From Marsupella aquatica (lineage: Eukaryota > Plantae > Marchantiophyta): a stretch of DNA of 64,000 bases. The stretch's first letter is position 1, and every line of letters begins with the position of its first letter. Of the stretch, positions 37,969 through 48,026 are shown one piece after another. A program made the translations under genes and the position numbers. Below the pieces are notes generated by a model, which saw nothing but the letters and a program-made list of their open reading frames with translations, searched no databases and was not told where the DNA came from. The DNA is taken from assembly GCA_973895155.1 (NCBI GenBank), contig OZ316898.1, forward strand, positions 14,786,330 through 14,850,329. Reading direction: 5' to 3'.

Positions 37969-39666
37969 GTTCAAATGTTTTTTTGAACTATCCAAATATT
38001 CACAATGATAGCAACCTGACCATCCACGTTATCCAGCATATTCTGAATACCTGGGAAGGTCTGCTCCCTCCAGTGCTTTACCTCCAGCTTGATAACACAG
38101 CTCGGGAAAACAAGAATAAATATCTTATGGCATATTTGAATATGTTGGTGGAGATAGGTGTTTTCCAGAAAATAAAGGTTGGTTTCCTATTGGTGGGGCA
38201 CACCCATGATCAAATTGATCAAATGTTTAGCAAGTTTTCTTCAAAATTGAACAAGCATAAAGCTTTCCGGTTGGACACTCTTTCAGCAATCATAGAGGAA
38301 TTCTACAATCCTACGGCAAAGATATTTTTCGTCGACGAGGTTGCCGATTTCAAGAAATTTGTGTCAGACAAGGATCAAGCAAATGACAAGGATATGGATG
38401 GTCAGGTTCTACGTACTCTCCACGGCATAAGTGCTAAAAAACAATTTTGGATTACTAGAGTACTCGAAGATGGAAGTGCTCGGTCCGTATTCCATGCCAA
38501 ACATCTTTCAACGACAATCGATTGGGGGGAGACGGTGGATTTTGTTTGGTACATTCCATCATCTGGAATATGGGTCGCACCACAAATGGCATTGAAGTCG
38601 GCCACGGGAGCGACAGGAGACAATGAAGAGCAAGAGAATGATGCTGAGGAAAAAGATGAGCGGGCGGCTCAAAGTTATTTGTCAACTCTTCAAAAATATC
38701 GAAGAGCAATTGAAGATGGATTCAATTACTTTGACGATGCAGATCGTCTATGGTGGGGTCGTTTTTTTTACAAACAAAAAGAAGTGATTCAGCACCACCT
38801 GAAACCTGCACAATGGAGTTTTGATTGGAGTTGGCCCAAGGTAAACGTACAGAGAGAACTTCCGAGTAATCCTATGGAAGCAGCAATGGAACCTAGCTTG
38901 GTTGATAAAGTAGCGGGTGTGAGGACAGTCATGTATTCCGGAAGTCGAAGAAAAGTCACGGAAATTGGAGACTTCAAGGATCTAGAGGTGAATACTAAAT
39001 TTGCAATGATATGTGTAGTAGCCCATCAGGATCCCAAGGGAAGACCATTCTGGATGGCAAAAGTGACTGAGATTCTCACAAGAATTAACGACATCCCGGA
39101 GCGGATTAAAATCACTTGGTATGCAATGGATTCGGAGGAAGAGTCTGCAATTGAAGGCAGATATTATCCGGAGAAAGAGGCTTCGTCTAGCAAAGTACTG
39201 GAGGATGAATTGTCCCTATCAGAAACTGCCGTTTATGCGTATAACTTTGCGTTATTGGCAAATAGTACTCTCCCTATACAAACAAGACGAATCATTCAAA
39301 ATGCAATGGAGACTGTAGTCGTTGATAGTCGAAGCTAGTTTCAGGTTTAAGTTATAATGGTTATCATTCCCATGAATATGTACAGTGGTTATTGTTCTGG
39401 GACTATGTACTCCGAAGCTATAATGATATCTTTTTTTTTAAATAATTGCAATGACAAACCAGTTAGAGAATACAATGCTGTCCGATAAGATTATCGACAA
39501 CTCCATTCCCCCAGCAGGAACACCGCGACAGTCCGATATATGCAAAGTCCGATAAATTTATCGCATTAATAAATGTGACAAAGGTTCTTCCTCATGGAAT
39601 ACAGAAGTCGATAAATTTATCGACAACTTCATTGGTGATTGACATTATCCTAACAAGCACACGCAA

Positions 39667-42600
39667 CTAATCTAATAACATGTCGTTGAGATCATCCTCA
39701 TTTGGTGTTCTGGGAGGCTCTTCCTCAGTTTCTTCTTGTTCCTCTTCGGTCTCCTTCACAACCTCAACTACGTAAGTCGATGTCCCGAGTACACCCAATT
39801 GGCCTGCAATTGGTGGTTGAATCTCATGACCTTCAACGCCGTGCCCTTCAATCTGGGATTCTTCATATAAATTCCAGTTTGACTCCAGAATCATGATCCG
39901 GGATTTTACAAAACCAATCTGCGCAGAACTCTTATCAACAGCACAACCCTGGCGAGAATTGAGGAGCGTAGCAGCTAATGTCGATCCGGTTCCACAACAA
40001 AGATCAATAACCCAATCCTCTTTCTCAGAGAAATGGGAAACAAACCAAGCCCCTAAACCAACAGGCTTCTGATATGGGTTCACAACAAATCCCAACGGAT
40101 CAACGGACTTCTTGGTTACACATGGAACCTTGATGATATTGACGCGAGACTCATCCGGTTGGAAATTGTACATGTTCATGTTCCGAATGCCTTCCTCGCT
40201 ATAGAAACCTATCGACCAGTTCTCAAAACCCCACGCCAATCGAGCTCCAGCGGGACGCTCATGAATGTTAGTCTTCTCCCAGATTCCAGCCTCGACCCCA
40301 CAGTTGCATACACTCTCTAGTGCAGACATCACCATATTTGCTTGTTGTAGTGAATGGATCACAACAAACCTCCACTGCTTAGCGGTCGTCATCTTTGAGA
40401 AACTTGTCAACATGTCTAAAATGTCCTTTTCTGTGAAGGCCACTTCATCAAACTCCGAACCAGGAGCATTAAAACCATACGGAATATCCGCAACCGCAAG
40501 GGTGTAAGCCCTTGGCTGAACAAAAGAATCCAAAATTTGAACATCACCAACATGGAGATAGTAGGGAAAAGAATCCCCGTCTGCATTTTTCCATGTTTGT
40601 TCAAACGCTTCTGCTGTGCCCTCGCCTAAGGACCTCAGCCGATTGTACTTATCGATTGCAGCAAGCACAAAATTCTTAAACACAAGGGATTTCAGCTGAG
40701 GGAACAATAACCTCCCCCGCAGAATTATAAGTGACAGCCGGAACCACTTTGCTTTTCCTTTTTGAATTAATCTTCAGCTATAAGAATGTCAAACACATCT
40801 ACAGTTAGAATAGTGTGAGATGAATGCTAAGGCCGATAAAAATCTCGCGATGGAGCACGCTAGCCAATAAATGGAATCGCTTAGAAACCAACAAAGGAAT
40901 GCTAAAAACGATAAAAATCTCGCGATGGAGCACGCTAGCTGATAGATACAATCGCTTAGAAACCAACAAAGGAATGCTAAAGCCGATAAAAATCTCGCGA
41001 TAGAGCATGCTGTGAGAGGAATGCTTACCGCGTCACTCAATTTCTCCGCCCATATGCCAAGGACCGAGACATCTGTTTTGTTGGGAAACATTTCTCTGCA
41101 TGTTGCCCAATCTGGCTGACCAGATATCTGCAAAAATAGTTTCTTCACCTTGGCAAGCTTTTTCAACTTCTCACCTTCCTTGTGCATTTGATCCAAAGTG
41201 ATCACCTTCCCGATAACCCTATTCAAGAGACGCTTGACATGCTCCTTATTTGACAGTCCTTGGAGACCTCGAAATGAATTTAAGTTGAGGTCACCAGCAA
41301 GTTTATTCATTTTAATCTCCCTTACCGTCAAAGGTTTCACCTTTCCCTTTGCGTTCGTCGTTGCCACAATTTTTTGGGTTGTCCTAAGACAATACCTTTC
41401 TCCCACATCTGGAAAATTTGCTCCTGAAGATCCCAAATTTCACCTGTTCGGAAAGCAATTTGGAAAGCCGGATCATGTTTGGCCATGGAGTCACGAACTC
41501 CTGGCGTGTACTCCATCGTGCATTCTTGACAACATGCTTCGCGGACATCTTTAGTCGAGCCCACACCCATTTCAAGGAAAATATTGTGACAAGCGCGAAC
41601 TTGGTCAATTTTAGTCATGTTCTTCCGATACTCCTGGTCATAGTTATGCTGGAAGCCTAACTTTTGGACCTCGGATCTCGTAAGCCCAGCGTAAACCCAA
41701 GCTTCCAGCTCACCATATATTTGCTTCCCGTACATTTTAAACAACTCGGACTTTGCCCGAGCACCATGATTCCCTCCAATAATTCTATACTTCCATACCC
41801 TTGACTTCAGGATGTCCCAATCTGCGGTTGTGGGACAATCCTTCGGATCCACACACAGGACGAACGGGGCACTGAAGTTGGTGGGGTTTTTCATGAGAAG
41901 TATCTTGATATTTTCCACATGCAATCTATCCACTGGTCTAATCAAAGTTGTCAAATCCCCCTCCTCATCAAATATGAGATTGTCGACATGCAGAAGCACA
42001 ATTGTCCTTTGCACCCTTCGTTGCATCAGAAGACTGAGCTCTGCCTTGATCGCGTCCGTCTCATACATCAAAAGAGCCGTCTCCTCCTCCTGATCAGCCT
42101 ACAAAAGCGTTGCAAATTCAATTAAGGAAAGAAACTGCGAGATTTTTATCGGAGTTCGCATTTGTTCAACATAACTCCACAATCCGCAATTCAGGAAATA
42201 AATAGCGAGATTTTTATTGGATTTCGTGTTTGTTAAACAGTACAACGACGTAGTACTTACCAATGGCGCCGTAGGAACCGCGACTGGAACTGATGGAATT
42301 GACGGAGCTCTATCTCAGTCCAGGAAGTCCTCTTCCTCTTTGTGCTAAGTCCAGAACCAGATGGCCCGGATCCCTCGGATCCTTTACTTTCGCTTGGTTT
42401 AACGGATGGTCCTCGATGGTTGCCCCGGCCTCTCCCACTACCGCCAGTTTCCTGGCTCTTCTTCCCACCGTTAGAGGTTCCCGCGGCATCTCCCCTGCCG
42501 CTACCTCTCCCTTTCCCTTTTCCACTTCCCGAAACCCGACCAGAAGTTGTAGGTTCATCCACGTCAATATGTGTAGAGGATTGCAATGGTTCTTTCCGCC

Positions 42601-43210
42601 CCGATATTTTATCGGCACTAGAACCACCGCTTCCACTTGAACCTGGTTTCTTGAAAACAATTTTGCGGACAGGTTTGAACTCTTCACCCACAAGTCTCTT
42701 GTACTCTGCGTTCACCCTTGGAAGCATGATGGCATCACAATCTTGCACATACTGGCCGATCCAAGCCGAACCCATAACATTCATCTCTCTTGCTGCCCGA
42801 ACATCGGCAACAAGGGGATCTTCTGGATAACTATCCATCGATTTCTCATCAAAGTTATCGAGAGTAACAATGAGAGATGTGAAACCCTTGCGCCCACACA
42901 TTGTCAAGAAACTAAGGCCCTCTGTCAACACTTTTCCCTCCCCGTGGCCAACCATGAACTCGACGACGGCAACAGCAATGACAGGGCCATACAAAACATT
43001 AACCTTCGTCGATTTTTGCAACTGGACCCAAAGGATTGGGGTAACATAGTCTTCGAAACCCGTGGACTGTAATTTGGTGTCACGGAAGTACCATGACTTC
43101 TTGATACACTTGATCTCTTCACAAATGTCTTCACTTGTCCAAATTGCATTGGTGAGGCTTGTCATGAGACTTTCTGCCTCAGCAGATCCACTCTTTCCAC
43201 TAGCAGCCAT
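39667..43210 (-). CDS. INNER cargo: ParB-like domain fused to a beta-class N6-adenine/N4-cytosine DNA methyltransferase (3 exons; apparent 1-bp frameshifts at ~42320, ~41372, ~40685)
   Basis: ParB-N-like LHVDNL..IRPVDRLHVENIK..NP..YRIIGGNHGARA. MTase LHVGD..LAVADIPYG (motif IV) .. IWEK .. YQKPVGL..HFSEKEDWVIDLCCGTGST..GCAVD (motifs X-I-II), the circularly permuted beta order. GT-AG introns 42260-42099 and 41028-~40780. Confidence 0.85.
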
Positions 43211-43430
43211 GGAAAAGTCTGCAAATAAACAAATTCCAATGCAAAGAGCGATAAAATTATCGCCGCCAATCTCACAGCACATGTGGACACGACATCTCAT
43301 CACACAAGGACAAAGAGACCGATAAAATTATCGCAAAAGTGAGCCTTCTTTAAATTGACGGCCGAGTGTACAGGTCGAAGAATCAGCTATGGAACCCTAA
43401 ATCCAAAACCTTAACCCCTAAACCTAAACC

Positions 43431-44084
43431 CTAATCATAGTTGAACCTCGCCAGAGCGAAGCGTTCGATCCGCTTCTTGGGCCATTGGGGAATATGAGTG
43501 ACGCGATGATCATAAGCCCACAACCAATGGAAATCAACTTCACCAGTCTCAGGATTCACTACTGCTACTGAATACCGGCGTGACGGAATGTCACAACAAG
43601 CATTTGTGCAGCATGGACAGATCTCACCATTGGCAAGGACGTTCGTCCACAGGCAACTTACATAGATCAAGTTAAAGAGCCCACAGACCGGCTGGGGGGG
43701 GAGTTGACGAATCTTGTATGAATATAGTTTCCCACCAGTGTCAATAAAAAACTCGGTGGCAAGAGGATTGTCCAGCTCGTCAATCACATCCTGAATCTCA
43801 TCGAATGCTCTACGTCTGTTGTCGGCATAGAATTCTGGCTCATAAGCAGGATTTCCCTTCACAACATGACAGCAGTGGAGTATAAAACGTCTTACTGCAC
43901 CGGTTTTCAGAAAGAGTAGGATAACTCTTCTAGAAAATCCAACATATCTATCCCACCGAATATAAATTTCTCCCCCTACCTGATCTACGTAGAAGTGAAA
44001 TGCGTTATGGTAAAACGGTTTTACTACCAGCCTGCATATCTTTAAAATTAGTGACTCATCCAGCCTCCTTAGCTGGTCCAGCAT
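43431..44084 (-). CDS. INNER cargo: hypothetical 217-aa protein with Cys cluster
   Basis: Intact ATG ORF containing ICPCCTNACC. No recognised family. Confidence 0.5.
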   Translation of the reverse strand: MLDQLRRLDESLILKICRLVVKPFYHNAFHFYVDQVGGEIYIRWDRYVGFSRRVILLFLKTGAVRRFILHCCHVVKGNPAYEPEFYADNRRRAFDEIQDVIDELDNPLATEFFIDTGGKLYSYKIRQLPPQPVCGLFNLIYVSCLWTNVLANGEICPCCTNACCDIPSRRYSVAVVNPETGEVDFHWLWAYDHRVTHIPQWPKKRIERFALARFNYD

Positions 44085-44436
44085 GGCTCCATTCCCTCAT
44101 TCTGGAGGATCCGGGAAGGGTACAAAAATGCGTCGCTCGAGCATGGCCTGATCACCGAATAGAAATCAGGAATAAATTTTGGAGAACATACTAATTACAA
44201 TTCTACAAGTTTCATCCAACTTTACAGTACCTTGTATAACGGGCTGTGAAGCCAATGCACTTGTCAGCTAATCGTCCGAAGAGGCGCAAAAAAATACACT
44301 CTGGACCACACAACCCGAAGTCAGGGGAGGCAAAGTCAATTATATTCAAAGTGTTTCTTTACAAGCACCCAAAATCGACTAGAGGAATGAGGAGTGCGAT
44401 AAATTTATCGGATGTTCGCTGCAATGCCTCATCCAC

Positions 44437-44984
44437 TCAGACTCGTCCATGCCATGCAAGAATTGTCCGCTTCCCGCTTTCTCCAAGATTCACCCAAACT
44501 CTAAGAAACGCATCTAATCGGTCATACGAGAAGCACCCAAGCATATCTATGGGAGGGAGGAAATGAGTTTCCTCTCGGAAGACCCTAGCAATATGTAGGT
44601 TTGAGAGAAGGACGGCATTAGGAATGCTTGCGAGCATTTTGTTTATGTCATTGATCTCACGGACTGCATATTTCAATAGCGCCCAAAATCGTGTACCAAC
44701 AACAAGATGGTTCCATTTCTTCGAGGTGGCTCCAAGACAAATGATTGTTCTCATTTGAGTCAGTCGTTCTTCTGGTAGAAGTTTAGGTCAAGGCCAAGGT
44801 GTTCATCTTGTGTGCAAGACAAGGCTAGGAGGGGCCAAATGTGAGATTCAACGAGTTCATCGGGAAGTCCATTCAACAAACTTCCGCATTCCACACCGGG
44901 CACTTTTCCTCGAATATATTTCCTACGCTCGTGGGCTAAAACGGATCCCATCTTTGCAACGATTAGATTCTCCGATGCAGCCAT
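44437..44984 (-). pseudogene. INNER cargo: F-box-like protein, frameshifted at ~44757
   Basis: LLNGLPDELVESHIWPLL ... LGATSKKWNHLV..RFW is an F-box-like pattern. Confidence 0.6.
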
Positions 44985-47599
44985 GAAGCAGAGCTACCAA
45001 AACCACCAATAAAAATACCTTCAATCACCAGGTGTAACCAAACACAGTACCAACCCTGCACGACAGTTTAACGATTAGGACTCGTGACGTATTATATTTG
45101 CTGCGCAAGGGTAGGACTTGTTTATTTAAATATGTCCTTCCAAGATGCGCCTCAATGAAAAGGTCGAAACACTCATCGTGAAAGGTTCACCCAAGGGTCT
45201 TCGTTCCAAATCTTACAACAGAAGTGAGCCTGTTTGTGGTACTTGTTATCAAGACGACGACAACAATAGTTACAAGAAAACTCCAAAGAATGTAAACACG
45301 CCATTAACATCAACCTCGAACGAATTGGAACTCCTGCATCATTCATTCCACAGAATTCAATGCGGAGAGGATTCTGCCTATCTCCAGGATCAGTACCACC
45401 CATCCACAATGCTCCTATACCGATGGGGAGAACTTTGAGTCACACGAGTCTCTTGTACAACCGGCGTGCATGTTTGACACAATTTTCAAGGAAGACAGCC
45501 ATTTGTCACAATACCTGTTGTCCACGGAGTGCAATCGACCTTCCGTTGTGCCTCCTAAACCCGGCAACACTGTGACATCAGAGATGAAGATGAGTCTCCA
45601 AACAAAACAAAGGAAAATGATTCTCACAGGAGGATGCGATAAGTTTATCGCACTCCGCATTCGAATTGAAAATATGACTTCCTCAAACACCTAAGCCCTG
45701 AATTCAATCTTTCACAAAAATGACAACTCCGATAAATTTATCGGATTCTCAATTACTCCTCTTTCCATGAAAGGAATGGAGACTCCGATAAATTTATCAG
45801 AATGAAGGCAACACCTCTCTAAACACACTCGATCAAATGATTGCAACAGAGGAATGCAAAATGCGATAAATTTATCGCAGTCCGCTCGGATCTGGACATT
45901 TTACACTAAATGACTAGTTAGTCTTACATGGAGAACTTGAACAGGAATGGTTGTTCTGATAAATTTATCGGGTTTTCGGTAGAAAGAGTCGAATCGCTTG
46001 GGAGGAATGTAAGACTTGATGGGAGTTTGGTATTCGCTCTCAGTTAGGAGATATTTGCTCTGGCAAAAGCAAACGTTTTATGGGCAGCCCGCTCCTCTTT
46101 ATATAGGAGACGCTCTAAACCATGGTTAATTTCCCCTTAACCATGGTTAAGTTCCCCTTTTACCTGGGTTAGTGAGTGGTCATTCCTGGATTACGCGGTT
46201 CGGACCAAGTTACTCGCAGTTCGGACTTTTTCACTGACGGAATGTAAAACCCGATGCACGTATCGCTCCCTGCATTCCCGCGGCGATGCAATGGAGGAAA
46301 GTGGCGTTTCGGAGAGTTTTTGCCAGTTTTATCGGTCATTGCATTGCCTTAGAAAAAAATGGGATCGGGCTAAACGAGAACTCCGACACACTTCTCGGTC
46401 GGTCCAAAATCGTGTTTCTTGAGAACTGGCGGAGGTGGTGGAAGCTTCAGAACTGGAGGAAGTAGACATTGTAAGGGGCAAGTGAGATTTAAGATGACAT
46501 GTGGCAGCAATGGAGAATGCCACAGGCTGCAAGAGGGCACTAACAGGCAAACAATGATCGAGGGAGCGACCCAAAAGGGAAGGGAGCAAGGCAGAAATAA
46601 AAGCCTTAGAGCGAGGCGGAAAAAAAATCCCAAGAGCGAGGCAAAAACAAAAGCCCTAGAGCGAGGCAAGAGGGAGGCAAGGAAATGAGGCCTCAAGCGC
46701 AAGGCCTGCCTTCCTATACCCCCTGCGAGCGAGGAGTCCGAGGAGGCAAGGATCCGAGAGGGTACGGAGGCATCAATGCGCGCCAATGATGGAGACCCTC
46801 CTCGGTGCATGTGATCGTGAGTCACCGATGGTGTGACCACTCACGACCACTCGCGACTCACCTACCAATTTTAAACTTCCGAGCTGTCAGCGGTGTGTGC
46901 TCGCAACTCACCTATCACTCGTGAGTGATTGGCTGACACCCTATCCGATGTCTACTTGTGTGCTGGGTGCGTGCCTCATCCACCCGTGCCTGATCTGTTG
47001 GTGTCCACTCGTGTGCTGGGTAATGTGTGGGCTTTTTGCCTCTCAAACTGAGTATAGACCTCCCACAATCCATTTTTTGGTTCATTGTCATTTAGACAGT
47101 GATTGGTACGATCACTGACTCTCCTCTGTCCGAGTGCCTTGTTTAGGTCCGCATGGTTGAATGCAAGGTTTAGTAAGGGCACTGGTGAGCACTATGGTGC
47201 TAAGAGTTACAATGCTGGCATCCAAGGTACCCATTTAGCTTGTACAAGGGTGGGCAGAGATATATTGCGGAGCAGGTTAGTGATTTTATTTATTTATCTT
47301 AGAAGTACTAGCTCAACTACATCTAATTCAATACCTTTAAGCCAAACCTAGATTAAGATTTACACATTAGGTTCTAGATCATATATTTTACTCATTTCTA
47401 GACCTTTATCCACAGTCTAGCATGTGTAGAACTTACTGTACCCCTTTATGTGATTACTAACATAGTTTCTAGAAGTGGGTCGGAATTATTTCGTGCCGAC
47501 CTGACTATGTCATCTTAACTAGCATTTTAAACTGGTATATAAAAGCATAAGCAAGATAGTTTCACAAATAGTTTTGACATAATTTCAACTTAATAGTTG

Positions 47600-47925
47600 G
47601 AGTAGGGTCGAAATAATTCCGACCCAACTTATCAATGTTTAGTCAATTAAATCATTTTAAGACATATTGTTGGAGGAGGGTCGAAATAATTCCGACCCGA
47701 CTTGTAAATGTTTAGTCAATTAAATCATTTTAAGACATATTGTTGGAGGAGGGTCGAAATAATTCCGACCCAACTTGTAAATGTTTAGTCAATTCAATCA
47801 TTTCAAGACATATTGTTGGAGGAGGGTCGAAATAATTCCGACCCGACTTGTAAATGTTTAGTCAATTCAATCATTTCAAGACATAATGTTGGAGGAGGGT
47901 CGAAATAATTTCGACCCGACTTGAA
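47600..47925. repeat. 73-bp x5 tandem array containing palindrome GGGTCGAAATAATTCCGACCC
   Basis: Palindrome starts at 47605, 47678, 47751, 47824 and 47897, with an inverted variant at ~47477. Confidence 0.9.
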
Positions 47926-48026
47926 TGTATTTAGGGTTTTGAGTGATTTTACAATATTTTTTGGAGGAGAGTCCAGATTTTGAAACATGATTATAACATG
48001 GGGAACTTAACAATTTCTAAGTTTAT

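Larger units (their letters stand above)
29836..39338 (+). pseudogene. Sola1/DUF7869-like DDD transposase of INNER, interrupted by the Bianca Copia
   Basis: CCDNYCL, FSTCAPC, CIDGMDQKKTELPH, LYLQLDNTARENKN and GFLLVGHTHDQIDQMFS motifs. Intron ~31547-31850, frameshift ~31310, stop ~31391. Confidence 0.85.
29386..45972. repeat. INNER signature palindrome CGATAAATTTATCG, dispersed (>20 copies/variants), mostly in introns and intergenic DNA
   Basis: Copies at ~29387, 29515, 29587, 31574, 31661, 31719, 31777, 39483, 39550, 39609, 40834, 40909, 40984, 42140, 42206, 43249, 43320, 44397, 45637, 45730, 45786, 45863 and 45957. None seen in the Copia or outside INNER. Confidence 0.9.
28850..46416 (+). 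mobile_element. INNER Sola1-like DNA transposon (17.6 kb with Copia, ~11.7 kb native)
   Basis: 25-bp TIR AACACGATTTCGGACCGAACGAGAA (28850-28874 / 46392-46416, 2 mismatches) and TSD TCTT (28846-28849 / 46417-46420). Excision joins MSTSSSSEASTTSASSQE to SLNFNYNSLYEYDPED in frame. Confidence 0.92.

Noticed and set aside
39667-43210. Bacterial/phage contamination or restriction-modification system
   Set aside because: The gene has GT-AG introns, lies inside a TSD-bounded element nested among plant retrotransposons, and has no recognisable endonuclease partner.
43390-43435. Telomeric repeat tract
   Set aside because: Only a few degenerate AAACCCTA units, compatible with promoter telo-boxes rather than an interstitial telomere.
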